Positions 27,013 through 37,200 of a stretch of DNA of 55,983 bases are shown here, one piece after another. The notes under the pieces are model-generated. The model made no database searches. It was not told the DNA's origin and saw only the letters and a list, made by a program, of their open reading frames with translations. The position numbers and the translations under genes are program-made. Origin of the DNA: an uncultured Candidatus Poseidoniales archaeon (GTDB taxonomy: Archaea; Thermoplasmatota; Poseidoniia; Poseidoniales; Thalassarchaeaceae); contig CAZXZO010000011.1 in the NCBI GenBank assembly GCA_964645485.1, forward strand, positions 1 to 55,983, in the 5' to 3' direction. Positions within the stretch are counted from its first letter, which is position 1. The number at the start of each line of letters is the position of its first letter.

Positions 27013-27734
27013 CAGGATTCACCTCCGCTAACATCATCTGCACTTGGAGCCGCATCAGCGGCTTCAGCAATTTGTTGAACTTCTTCTGCGGTTGGAACTC
27101 CATCTTCTAATTCCAAACTATCACCATCCTCATTTTCATAAGTCGCTTGTGAACGGATTTCAGTGATGCCTACTCGGATTGGGTGGTTTTCACCAGTTGC
27201 AATACCACTCTTTTTGCTATCACCAGTTCTCTTTGCTGAGTCGTGAAGAGATGATTGGATACTGTATTGAAGTGTGTCTTCCTCTTCTCGAGTAATTGTA
27301 TATCCAGGCACTGTCATTACTTGCTCGCCAACTGAAATGTGGCCATGAATTAGTAATTGTCTTGCTTGCTTCATGCTTGAAGCGAATCCCTTGTAGTATA
27401 CTTGTGATTGTAGGCGGCGAGCCAACACGTGCTCTACATTAAGACGAAGAATATCGTCAAGAGTTGCGCCTTCAGGAAGCATTCCTCGGCGATGTAGTGA
27501 AGTAATCAAATCAGCCTTCTCTCGGGAGATGTGGTCATCTCCTGAATCGGTTGTCGCAATCAACTTCATTGCGTTTGAGCGCCATCGGCGCAACTTACTG
27601 CGAGCCTTCCAGATTTCTCTGTGGTTACGCAAACCATAGTTGAAAATGAGGGTGCGTTCCTCATCAATCCTCTCGGACTGCCATGGGTGTTTGGGGCCTT
27701 GCCATACTCTTCGACTAAACTTTGGATGTCCCAT
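27012..27734 (-). CDS. rps4: 30S ribosomal protein uS4 with acidic C-terminal extension
   Basis: MGHPKF, YGLRNHREIW, RRLQSQV, ARQLLIHGHI. Confidence 0.96.
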   Translation of the reverse strand: MGHPKFSRRVWQGPKHPWQSERIDEERTLIFNYGLRNHREIWKARSKLRRWRSNAMKLIATTDSGDDHISREKADLITSLHRRGMLPEGATLDDILRLNVEHVLARRLQSQVYYKGFASSMKQARQLLIHGHISVGEQVMTVPGYTITREEEDTLQYSIQSSLHDSAKRTGDSKKSGIATGENHPIRVGITEIRSQATYENEDGDSLELEDGVPTAEEVQQIAEAADAAPSADDVSGGES

Positions 27735-27744
27735 ACTTCACACC

Positions 27745-28212
27745 TCACTTCTTCCTCTGAACACCGAGTGTCAAACCACTACGGTTGTTCGAACGTGTTC
27801 TTTGTCCTCTCACCCTGCCACCGAGTGCGTGGCGAACACCACGGTAACTCTTGACTGCACGATGTCGGTCAATATCTTCCTTCTGGACCATCTTCACATC
27901 TTGTGAAAACAAATGAAGTTCATCACCTGAATGTAAGTCTCTCTGACGGTTTAACATCCAGAGTGGGACTGCGGTCGGGTAATTTTCAATCGCTTCCTTC
28001 AATGAATCAATCTCTTCATCTGAAAGGAGACCGCCCATTTTCTTTGCATCTATATTGGCTAAACCACACAATGCAGTTGCAGTTCTCTGACCAACTCCAT
28101 CAATTGAAGTCAGGCCCAAGCCAATCGGTTTCATTCCATCAACATCAGCCATTGCTAATCTCAGAATATATCTGAAATCGTCGCCTAACTGACTCTCGTC
28201 TATTTTTGCCAT
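27745..28212 (-). CDS. rps13: 30S ribosomal protein uS13
   Basis: LTSIDGVG, PLWMLNRQRD, YRGVRH, VRGQRTRSN. Confidence 0.97.
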   Translation of the reverse strand: MAKIDESQLGDDFRYILRLAMADVDGMKPIGLGLTSIDGVGQRTATALCGLANIDAKKMGGLLSDEEIDSLKEAIENYPTAVPLWMLNRQRDLHSGDELHLFSQDVKMVQKEDIDRHRAVKSYRGVRHALGGRVRGQRTRSNNRSGLTLGVQRKK

Positions 28213-28281
28213 TATTCGGTTCCCCCGAGTACACCGGTTACCCAGTGGCTACTATGTAGCGGCTCCGCGACTTACCCCCCC

Positions 28282-28290
28282 TATAAAAAA
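28282..28290 (-). promoter_or_regulatory. Putative TATA box of the rps13 operon
   Basis: TTTTTTATA on the minus strand, about 70 nt upstream of the rps13 ATG. Confidence 0.45.
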
Positions 28291-28345
28291 GGGACTATTT
28301 TACCAGAATGAAAATATCGTTGAAATGACCAAATTAGGCTTAATT

Positions 28346-29677
28346 TTAAGGTTCTTTACAGATAAACCAAGCAGGTCCATCAATTGTTTCAACATCAGCA
28401 AGGAAACCCGGTTTTCCACGTGGATAATCCTTCAATCCATGGTCTAATTTACCCTGGAGTTTGGGTTGGGCAGAGGGTTCAATTTTACATCTTAATGTGA
28501 GTTTGGAGAGGTATGCGAAATTTGCGGATACAAGAATTGGAGAGATATTCTCAACCGTTGGTTCAACCTTCAACCGACTCATGACTTGACCAGTTGTTGA
28601 GACAAATGCACTCACTAATGACTTCTCCATTTGGATTGGTTCGCTAGAGAGCAACATAGGCCTACGTCCAGAAATTCTAACCCAATCTCTCGTGGACTCA
28701 GAAGGTAAGGCTTCGCGTAACCATTGGGCTTGAAGTCCTGATGATAAGAGAGCAGAATCAACTATTGTTAACCACTCTCCGGTCTTAGGAACAACCAAAG
28801 ATGAGCGCTTCGCTTCTGTTGCCCGGCCTGCAAAACTAACGACAGAACCGTCTGAAAGTAATCTAAGCATTCTAGCAGGTGTTGCCGGTTCTGCGGCTGC
28901 ACCAAACCAAATTGTCAAACGGTCAATTCTACCACGACCAGTTGAAACCCATTCCCAGGTGATTGGTGAGTCAGGCCAATGTGATAGAAGTAGTTCTTCA
29001 ATTTCACTTTGTTGAGTATCTAATAGCCTAGGTGAAAGGTCGATGATAATCGCTGGACCCCGATTACCCAACACAAGATGGGGAGACCATTTGTTTAGCA
29101 AAGTTGAGATTGGTGGTTGCATTTCATCAAGAGAGTGATTCTGTGTATCTAGAGGCCTAGCTGGATCTACATGCAATACTGCAATTACCCGGTCTGACAA
29201 GTCAATTTCTGCTAGGGCTGCAGTAGCATCGGTTCCGTCTCCAACCAATACGAAACTATCTGCAGTCCATTCACTATTACTTCCCTCAGCCACGATTTGC
29301 CCGTTTGCTGCGGAAAGAACTGCTGAATCTGCATCAAGTTCAATCCCAAGTCCTGCTCTTTCCAACACCGAACAATAAGCAAAAAGTTGTGACCCAGAAC
29401 CACAAGCAGGGTCGAGAAGTATCCCTTTACCCAGCCGGCAATCAGCCAACTGCTCGGCTCTAGTTAAACAAACTGACCAAGGTGTTGAAAGCCGTTTCAT
29501 TCGAGGAGTCTGATACAAATGTGGGTCACTTGATGTTGATTTTTCCTCTATTTTGCCAAGTGGCGAAATCACTTCTGCGAACCCTAGAATATCGGGGGAA
29601 ATAGGTAAAACTGTGTGAGTTGGCATCACGCACCAAATTATACGACTGCTGCTGCTGTTATTCGCTTTTCTATTCAA
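28346..29677 (-). CDS. Class I SAM-dependent methyltransferase, THUMP-like type
   Basis: LLDPACGSGSQ motif I and HVDPARP; likely start ATG 29626. Confidence 0.75.
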   Translation of the reverse strand: MNRKANNSSSSRIIWCVMPTHTVLPISPDILGFAEVISPLGKIEEKSTSSDPHLYQTPRMKRLSTPWSVCLTRAEQLADCRLGKGILLDPACGSGSQLFAYCSVLERAGLGIELDADSAVLSAANGQIVAEGSNSEWTADSFVLVGDGTDATAALAEIDLSDRVIAVLHVDPARPLDTQNHSLDEMQPPISTLLNKWSPHLVLGNRGPAIIIDLSPRLLDTQQSEIEELLLSHWPDSPITWEWVSTGRGRIDRLTIWFGAAAEPATPARMLRLLSDGSVVSFAGRATEAKRSSLVVPKTGEWLTIVDSALLSSGLQAQWLREALPSESTRDWVRISGRRPMLLSSEPIQMEKSLVSAFVSTTGQVMSRLKVEPTVENISPILVSANFAYLSKLTLRCKIEPSAQPKLQGKLDHGLKDYPRGKPGFLADVETIDGPAWFICKEP

Positions 29678-30681
29678 GCAAATAATTCGTTTATACTCAA
29701 TTCAAAGCGTAACCATTGATTGTTAGCCGGCTCCCTGTCAGGTCTATCCTTGTAAGCAAGTTCAGGTGGAAGTATCACCGTATGAGTTGTTCCATCTCCA
29801 ATTACACATCTTAGAACACCACAATCAAGGCCAATTACACCCCAATGAAATCCTTTGATGTAACATGCACTTGGAGCACCTGCTTCACAAGTTGGTTCAG
29901 AGCCTGCGGTTACAGGTAGGTCACCCTCGTCAAGTTTTTCCTCAGTATCATCAATCCAAACTTGGTAATGAACCGTCATCCTATCACCATAATCGGTGTG
30001 TAAAGCCCAATCATCACCTGCTAGAAGTCTCACTTCTAATTGCACTTCTGAACCTTCAACTGTTGGGTGTGAAACTGTAACCAAAAATACTTCTTCTTCA
30101 ATCTCAGAATCTAATGTTAAAACTAGTAATTCTGCTGAATCTCCATCAATCGTGAGTAATCCGCTTGATGGCTCACTTACTGAAACTGAATCACTATCAA
30201 CAGTGACTTGCAAATCAAGACTTGTATTTCCGGCGTTATTGACCGCAACTACTGCAGTGTCACCTACACCCTGATGGCGCCATTCACAAGAGACTTCACC
30301 GGGTAACCAAAACGGTTCATCTTGGGCAGAGAGATTTTCTGGCCAATCCCATGCATCATCTTTAGGCTCGCATGTATCGAATAACAACATTGCTTCCCAA
30401 GTCCAGCGCCCATCTTCTTGAAGAGATGTTTCGTCAACGGTAACAAAAGCCCCATCCATTTGTCCAAGGAACGCGTAAGCACCCCACCCAACCCAGATAA
30501 TTGAAATTAAAAGCATGGCAATAGTGCCTAAAGAAGCCAAAATTGCTGCCCTTGGAATTGTCATCTCATTGAGCCCTAAAGGAACCGGCGGATCCTCAGG
30601 CTCATCGCTTATCCACGGACCAGACACAACACACCCTGTAGGCCACCTCAAATCAAGATATGGACTGATTGACTGCTTCAA
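29674..30681 (-). CDS. Membrane-anchored protein with a C-terminal FKBP-like domain
   Basis: N-terminal TM, beta-rich middle, then GDRMTVHY...YIKGFHWGVIGL...TVILPPELAY. Confidence 0.7.
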   Translation of the reverse strand: MKQSISPYLDLRWPTGCVVSGPWISDEPEDPPVPLGLNEMTIPRAAILASLGTIAMLLISIIWVGWGAYAFLGQMDGAFVTVDETSLQEDGRWTWEAMLLFDTCEPKDDAWDWPENLSAQDEPFWLPGEVSCEWRHQGVGDTAVVAVNNAGNTSLDLQVTVDSDSVSVSEPSSGLLTIDGDSAELLVLTLDSEIEEEVFLVTVSHPTVEGSEVQLEVRLLAGDDWALHTDYGDRMTVHYQVWIDDTEEKLDEGDLPVTAGSEPTCEAGAPSACYIKGFHWGVIGLDCGVLRCVIGDGTTHTVILPPELAYKDRPDREPANNQWLRFELSINELFA

Positions 30682-33600
30682 TCAATGGCCATTTGACCCT
30701 CATGTTTCTGTCCAAGCCAAGCGATTATACCCAATTCAAGCCCTAATGCAATACCCATCAATAATAGTGAATTTGTATTGATTGCGCCACCAGCGGCCAA
30801 TGCGGCTGCTACTAGTGCTAGAACTAAGTCTGCTGCACCCCACACCCGAAGTGAACGGCGTAATTGGAGTATCCCAGTTACCCAAATAGTTAGAGAAAGG
30901 GTGAGTAAAGAGATAACCAAAAATGCACTTATTCCGGTAAGTAATAGAACACCTAATGGTAATAGGAGATGGGCATCCCAAGACCATGTAGAACTCCAAC
31001 CAGGCTTTCGCATTGGTACACTTAACACTAAACACACCAGTGAAATTAAACCTAGAATAATCATCAGATGTGGAATGAAATCAATTAATCCGTCAAACCA
31101 ACTTGCTAGCGAACGTGCCGCTATAACCGTACTAAGGACGATGATTCCAACTGCTGCTGGTTGTTGCCACTGAATTGAACGGCGCAAGCCCAGTAAAATC
31201 GCGATGAGTGCTACTGGACCGATTGATAGCATAGCCACTGAAACTACCCAGCCACCTCTACCGGCTGCGCCGTGGAAATCTGGAAGTTCATGTCGTCTCC
31301 TAACAGCCTCTATCCAATCCCATCCAAGAACACAAGCGAGCAACACCCCTTCGACTAACAACCATGGAATTGTGTATGACAGAGTCGTTCCACCTTCCAT
31401 AGGTGTGAATGGGTCTGTCAATACCGGCATCGGCATGGTTCCAGCCATCATTGCGCCGGCAATTCGAGATACCAGAAGGGTTGCAACATACCACTCAATT
31501 GCCGCTGGAATTCGATGTACCAAGTCCTTACGACCTGTTAGTGAAATGCCAATGATTAGCAATACTATGATTGCAAAAACTGCAAAATCTAACTGATTAC
31601 CTAGCGACGCTCCTGCTGCTAATCTGCCAGTAACGTGCATCAAAGTTAAACCAGCAATTGTCGCAGCGAATGGAGTTTCAATTCCAAGTACATCTGGCAA
31701 ACTCAAATCATTACTGCTCGCCCGCCAACGTGATATACCGATGAGTACTAATGAAATCGCACCGCTAACCACTAAAATTCCGGCAGATGCGGAACCAAAA
31801 CTCCACACAGTATATACTCCAAACAGAATAATGCTAGCAATGAATGCAAGCACGATCACAGGTTTATGGTGAATGTCACCATACAACATCTCTTCACGAG
31901 ATAACTCACCCTTTCTCTTAGAACGCTTACGCATTCTTTCAGCCTGCATATACAACTCAGGAGCAACCGTCTTGATTGCCCCTACTGATTTTGCTTGTGA
32001 CATGTGTTCAATTGATATGTCACTTCCAGCGGCTGCTGCAGCTGCCTCTTCTGAATCAAAATGATAAGTTTTTGATGGTTCACTAGATATTAACTCGGGT
32101 TTCTCAGAAATAGCCGCTTCCTGTTCACCACGGACTACTAAAGGCGCAGAAGGTGAAGACGCACCCGATGTCAGAGCGAGAGGTTCTGGTTGGAACAGAG
32201 AGGGTAATGCCCCACTTGCCTCCAATGAACGTTGAACTTCGTCAATCCGTTGCATTCTACTTCTCCTCTCATCTCTGGCTCCAACCGCCTTTAGTTCAGC
32301 GCGTAACTCACCTTGAGCCGCTAACCAAATTGCCGAACCTATGAACAATAGAGCAGAGAGTGAAAGTTGGACAAATGTCATTCCTTCCGCTGCCATAGCC
32401 CAAACAGTTGCTATCAACATTAATGCTGAAGATGCTGCTGGTTTGAGCAATTTCTCCATTTTTGCGGCCCTTGGTAGATAGAGTGCGAGCGTCAAAAACA
32501 CTGAGAGAAGAATTATCCAACCTGTGCCCTCAACTGGCAATAATTGCTCCCCTTCCAACAAAGAAGTGGTTCTCTGGTCGAGTGAGAATATCACTGTTTG
32601 AGCAGTTAAGAATCCCATCAAGAGGCTGAGAATATCCTCGACTTCGATATTTTTGCTAAACAGCACTAAGGAGCCAAGACCTCCTACCATCATCAGCATC
32701 CAAGCGGCATCAAGTCCGTTACGCCATTGTAGCAGCAAAGTAGTGATTCCAAACAACACCATCAAAGTGCGAGGATTATCTTGATGCTCACCTCGACATT
32801 CTGCAAAGATATTGATTGCTAATACGACTGCTAAACCAAAAATCAAGCCATAACCTGAAACATCTGTTCCACGGGAGACTACAATCCAAATTAGAAGTGA
32901 GAGAATAAACCCGATATTCCACAACTTCAACAAACCGCTATCACGTAATCTAGCACCAACTTCAGAAAGACCGACTAGACGAGCGGCTAGATTTACCCCT
33001 GATTCTCCAAGTGCTCTATTGACAGGGTACTGTAATATTGTCACTAGAACAAGATATGCAACCAAATAATTGCCATCCCATCCAACTACGCCTGCTGCTA
33101 ATTCCCAAGATTGATTTGCGGCGTTGAAGGTTTGGGCACCCATTGCCCAAAATGAAATGAACAGAACCCACAACCATGGTGCGAGTATTGTTACACCTGC
33201 GAGAGAAGGGGATTTTCTCAATAAGGCTAAGACGGCTGTTCCAAGGTGAATTCCCCCAAGTGCGATGAACAAAACCAGCGCTCCATCACCGCCCTGAGAA
33301 GAAGGTGTGGCCGGAATTAAAATCGTCATTAAGAGAATCAAAACGAGGCTTCCACCCCACAACACATGGTCGCTTACTAGGGATTGGTTTGATAGTAGTA
33401 TGAATGCGGTAAGGATTGCCGCCCCAACTGCGAATACATCGTATGCCCCGATTCCAAATGGTGCTGTGAAGGATGCTGAAATCTGAATGATTAGAAGCAA
33501 AATTAGTGCCGGCAATGCGGTAGCAAGTGGAGTGAGAACTCGGCTTTTGGGAACATTCCTTACTACCAAATATGAGCCGCCAAAACAAGCAAGGAGCATC

Positions 33601-34700
33601 ATAATCAGTGCAAGCGCATAGGAAGTTTCTGCTCTATTTGCTGAAATTGCAAGTAATGCACCAATCATTCCTAATCCAATTGAAACTGACCATAATCCAG
33701 GTCTGCCAAGTCCAACCAATTGTAATCCATCGGAAAACCAATTTTTCTCGGCTGAAAACCTTGCCGCCATTACCGCATTTACGGCATTGATACCTCCAAG
33801 CAGAAGGAATAGTAGCAACAAATCGTCAAATGGGACGATTTCTAGAGCGCCAATTTTCCAATTATTACTGAAAGCGTGCAATCCAATCCACAAATTAGAG
33901 GCTGCGATTCCAAGTGAGGCAAGATTGCCGCTTTTACGATGCCATGCTAAACCATGTAGCAAGATGGTGGCAACAATGATCCCCGCTGCAACACCAATTT
34001 GCCCATACACCGCTCCAGCACCAGAGCCTATTGCGAGCAGAACTAATGTTGCTTGAGCGGCAATTGCATCTTCATCATGATGATAAGATATCCAGACATT
34101 CAGTCCGACCAATCCAAGCAATACTGCGCCTAACATTGTAGGGTCGAGCGGGAAAACACCCCACAACTCCCAGTGTCCTAGGTCAATTGCTAACCCATAC
34201 AAGAGTTTCATAGTGATAATTACCCAAGTAATTCCAAGCATCCTCATCGCGGGGTCAGGAATCCATCGCTCACCTAATACAAAACCAAGAGTTGCCAAAC
34301 CGAGTAAACCGATTAGACCAATCATTGGGTCAAGAGTAGTTCCTACTAACCAACCTACTAGAGAATAAACGATAATCATGCCAACCATGATACCCCAGTG
34401 AAGGCGCTTTTCCCCCGTCGTTGCCAACTCAGTAATACTGTCCATTTCTGCTTCTAATTGAACGGTGCCATCTCGTTGTACATCACCCGGTCTAGGACCA
34501 TCTACAAATGGGTCGAAAATATCACCCATTGCTTCGTCGACAACTTCCTTTTCTGGTTGTTCTGTTTGGGGTGACGGAAGTTGGTTTGTTTCCTCAACGA
34601 TGTCTTGGCTAAGGAAGCTGGATAAATCTAGGCCACCGCCCATGTCAAAGGCTCGTTTTCGGATGACTGAGTCATCCTCATCAGCCGGTTCGTCTCCCAT
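30678..34700 (-). CDS. Very large multi-pass membrane protein (DUF2339-like)
   Basis: 1340 aa, roughly 30 or more hydrophobic segments, acidic N-terminus, central soluble loop. Confidence 0.8.
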   Translation of the reverse strand: MGDEPADEDDSVIRKRAFDMGGGLDLSSFLSQDIVEETNQLPSPQTEQPEKEVVDEAMGDIFDPFVDGPRPGDVQRDGTVQLEAEMDSITELATTGEKRLHWGIMVGMIIVYSLVGWLVGTTLDPMIGLIGLLGLATLGFVLGERWIPDPAMRMLGITWVIITMKLLYGLAIDLGHWELWGVFPLDPTMLGAVLLGLVGLNVWISYHHDEDAIAAQATLVLLAIGSGAGAVYGQIGVAAGIIVATILLHGLAWHRKSGNLASLGIAASNLWIGLHAFSNNWKIGALEIVPFDDLLLLFLLLGGINAVNAVMAARFSAEKNWFSDGLQLVGLGRPGLWSVSIGLGMIGALLAISANRAETSYALALIMMLLACFGGSYLVVRNVPKSRVLTPLATALPALILLLIIQISASFTAPFGIGAYDVFAVGAAILTAFILLSNQSLVSDHVLWGGSLVLILLMTILIPATPSSQGGDGALVLFIALGGIHLGTAVLALLRKSPSLAGVTILAPWLWVLFISFWAMGAQTFNAANQSWELAAGVVGWDGNYLVAYLVLVTILQYPVNRALGESGVNLAARLVGLSEVGARLRDSGLLKLWNIGFILSLLIWIVVSRGTDVSGYGLIFGLAVVLAINIFAECRGEHQDNPRTLMVLFGITTLLLQWRNGLDAAWMLMMVGGLGSLVLFSKNIEVEDILSLLMGFLTAQTVIFSLDQRTTSLLEGEQLLPVEGTGWIILLSVFLTLALYLPRAAKMEKLLKPAASSALMLIATVWAMAAEGMTFVQLSLSALLFIGSAIWLAAQGELRAELKAVGARDERRSRMQRIDEVQRSLEASGALPSLFQPEPLALTSGASSPSAPLVVRGEQEAAISEKPELISSEPSKTYHFDSEEAAAAAAGSDISIEHMSQAKSVGAIKTVAPELYMQAERMRKRSKRKGELSREEMLYGDIHHKPVIVLAFIASIILFGVYTVWSFGSASAGILVVSGAISLVLIGISRWRASSNDLSLPDVLGIETPFAATIAGLTLMHVTGRLAAGASLGNQLDFAVFAIIVLLIIGISLTGRKDLVHRIPAAIEWYVATLLVSRIAGAMMAGTMPMPVLTDPFTPMEGGTTLSYTIPWLLVEGVLLACVLGWDWIEAVRRRHELPDFHGAAGRGGWVVSVAMLSIGPVALIAILLGLRRSIQWQQPAAVGIIVLSTVIAARSLASWFDGLIDFIPHLMIILGLISLVCLVLSVPMRKPGWSSTWSWDAHLLLPLGVLLLTGISAFLVISLLTLSLTIWVTGILQLRRSLRVWGAADLVLALVAAALAAGGAINTNSLLLMGIALGLELGIIAWLGQKHEGQMAID

Positions 34701-34824
34701 CTAAATCTCTCAGAACGGACCTTATCCATCAAGGTCGCCCTTGGCTGGAATACTGAAATTATGGTTTTTTACTACATGCATTCGTTCCGTAGCATTCTAA
34801 GAGGTCCTGCGACCCGCCCCCAAT

Positions 34825-36447
34825 ATGACGACCCTCATCCGAGAGGATGGCGCTCCTCCGGGACCTGTCGGCCTAGGTGCACATGGATTAACACCAACAG
34901 GGTATATTCACTGGAATAACGACGTCACAAATTTAATTGAAAAATCCGTGAAAAGAGAGGAGGGAGTTCTCAGTGCACATGGTGTACTCATCACTGAAAC
35001 GGGGGAGCGAACTGGTCGCTCTCCAAATGACAAATTTATCGTTAGAGAAGAATTAGTTGAAGATAATGTTTGGTGGGGGGATGTGAATACCCCGACCACA
35101 CGAGATGTCTTTGATAATCTACGGCAAAAAGTTCGTACTTATCTGAACTCAAAGCCAGAGTTATTTGTCCAAGATTTGTATGCAGGAGCTGATGAAAACC
35201 AGCGACTTCCAATCCGAGTTATTACAGAAAATGCTTGGCATGCTGCTTTTTCCCGTAATATGTTTCTAAGGCCAAGTCAAGAACAGATCGAATCACATTT
35301 TCCTGAGTTCACAATTTTTCATGCGCCTAACTTTTTGGCTGATGCTGAGATTGATGGCATTAATTCGGGAGTTTTTGTAATCGTCTGCTTTTCTGAGAAG
35401 CAGGTGATTATTGGTGGAACTAAGTATGCTGGAGAAATTAAAAAATCAATTTTCTCGGTAATGAACTATATTCTTCCAACCCAAGGGCAATTACCTATGC
35501 ATTGCTCTGCCAATGTTGGACAAGAAGATGACTGTGCAGTATTCTTCGGACTTTCAGGTACAGGTAAAACCACACTATCTGCAGACCCAAATAGACCTCT
35601 GATTGGTGATGATGAACACGGCTGGAACCATGATGGTGTATTCAACTTTGAAGGGGGTTGTTACGCCAAAATGATTGACCTATCTGAGCAAGATGAGCCT
35701 GAAATCTTTGCAACTACAAGAATGCCGGGAACAATTCTTGAGAATGTCATTTTGGATGGTAATGGTGTACCAGATTTCAATGACACATCTTTGACCCAAA
35801 ATACTCGAGGATCTTATCCTCTTGAAGCGATTGAAAATCGAGTCATGGAAAGCAGAGGAGGTCAACCAAAAAATGTAGTCTTTCTCACCTGTGATGCTTT
35901 TGGAGTTCTTCCTCCAATCTCAAGGCTAACACCCGACCAAGCCGCATATCATTTCATTTCGGGTTACACCGCTAAGGTGGCGGGAACTGAAATTGGTGTT
36001 GTTGAACCTCAAGCAACTTTCTCCGCTTGTTTTGGCGCACCTTTCATGCCTATGCACCCTAGCGTCTATGCCAACTTATTGTCTAAGAAAGTTGCAGAAA
36101 ACAACGCTTCATGCTGGTTACTGAATACCGGTTGGGTCGCAGGTGGATATGGAAATAGTGACCGAATCAAAATCAGGTGGACTAGAGCACTTCTCAATGC
36201 GGCATTGGATGGGACACTCAATAATACAGAATTTGTGTCTGACCAACGTTTTGGTTTTGAAATCCCTTCTTCATGTGAAGGTGTACCAAGTGAAATACTC
36301 AATCCTAAAACAACTTGGAAGGATGAGGCGGAATTCGAAGCAGTAGCCGATAAGTTGGCATTAATGTTCCAAGACAACTTCAAACAGTTCGCGTCTGGAT
36401 GCAGTGATACGGTTTTGGATTCTGCTCCTCAAGTATTAACCGAGTGA
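34825..36447 (+). CDS. pckA: Phosphoenolpyruvate carboxykinase (ATP)
   Basis: TGRSPNDKF, GTKYAGEIKK, FGLSGTGKTTLS, IGDDEH, EGGCYAK, NTGW. Confidence 0.97.
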   Translation: MTTLIREDGAPPGPVGLGAHGLTPTGYIHWNNDVTNLIEKSVKREEGVLSAHGVLITETGERTGRSPNDKFIVREELVEDNVWWGDVNTPTTRDVFDNLRQKVRTYLNSKPELFVQDLYAGADENQRLPIRVITENAWHAAFSRNMFLRPSQEQIESHFPEFTIFHAPNFLADAEIDGINSGVFVIVCFSEKQVIIGGTKYAGEIKKSIFSVMNYILPTQGQLPMHCSANVGQEDDCAVFFGLSGTGKTTLSADPNRPLIGDDEHGWNHDGVFNFEGGCYAKMIDLSEQDEPEIFATTRMPGTILENVILDGNGVPDFNDTSLTQNTRGSYPLEAIENRVMESRGGQPKNVVFLTCDAFGVLPPISRLTPDQAAYHFISGYTAKVAGTEIGVVEPQATFSACFGAPFMPMHPSVYANLLSKKVAENNASCWLLNTGWVAGGYGNSDRIKIRWTRALLNAALDGTLNNTEFVSDQRFGFEIPSSCEGVPSEILNPKTTWKDEAEFEAVADKLALMFQDNFKQFASGCSDTVLDSAPQVLTE

Positions 36448-36480
36448 AAGCATCAAGCCTGTTGAGGGTCTCGGCCTTTC

Positions 36481-37194
36481 ATGGCAGTGCCTCTAGCCAG
36501 CCTCACCAGCCCAAGTCTATGGCCGAGTATGGTGAATCGAAATGAGTACTCTGGGTACATTCCAAAACTACCGGAACAAGATGAACCGGTTTGGCTGATT
36601 TTAGATCCATCTCACGAAGATTCTCTGAATAATCAACTGGAATCTTTACTTGAACAGTATGGCCACGTAATTCCCGATTTACCTGATTCAGTTTCGGTCG
36701 ATGATTCAAAAGGCCCTATATGCATAGATGATAGAGCGAGTATTGGGGAGTGTGTCCGAATAGAAGGACCGTGTTATATTGGTCCAAATGCAGAAGTTCG
36801 CCATGGCGCATATATTCGCCCTTACACATGGTTGTGCTGTGGTTCAGTTGTGGGACACGCTTCGGAGGTCAAACATTCACTACTACTTCCTGGTGCAAAA
36901 GCTCCTCACTTCAATTATGTCGGTGACTCAATATTAGGCAAAGATGTGAATCTTGGTGCTGGATGTAAGTTGTCTAATCTACGAAATGACGGGCGCTCAG
37001 TTCTTGTTCGAGGTCTTGAAGAAGGAATTGTTGACAGTGGATTAAGGAAATTTGGGGCTATTCTTGGAGATGGTGTTGCAATTGGTTGTAACGCCGTTTC
37101 TAATCCTGGAGTAATAATTGGAACCAACTCAAACATATGGCCAAATGTCAATGTCAGTGGAGTATTTGATAGTGATTCAACCATTAGGGAGTGA
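36481..37194 (+). CDS. Stand-alone left-handed beta-helix acetyltransferase (C-terminal half of archaeal GlmU)
   Basis: IEGPCYIG, EVKHS, APHFNYVGDSILG, NLGAGCKLSNLRND, RKFGAILGD; no nucleotidyltransferase domain. Confidence 0.85.
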   Translation: MAVPLASLTSPSLWPSMVNRNEYSGYIPKLPEQDEPVWLILDPSHEDSLNNQLESLLEQYGHVIPDLPDSVSVDDSKGPICIDDRASIGECVRIEGPCYIGPNAEVRHGAYIRPYTWLCCGSVVGHASEVKHSLLLPGAKAPHFNYVGDSILGKDVNLGAGCKLSNLRNDGRSVLVRGLEEGIVDSGLRKFGAILGDGVAIGCNAVSNPGVIIGTNSNIWPNVNVSGVFDSDSTIRE

Positions 37195-37200
37195 GCCAAA

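Noticed and set aside
28213-28345. tRNA upstream of rps13, as found in some archaea
   Set aside because: No cloverleaf or T-loop consensus, only short hairpins.
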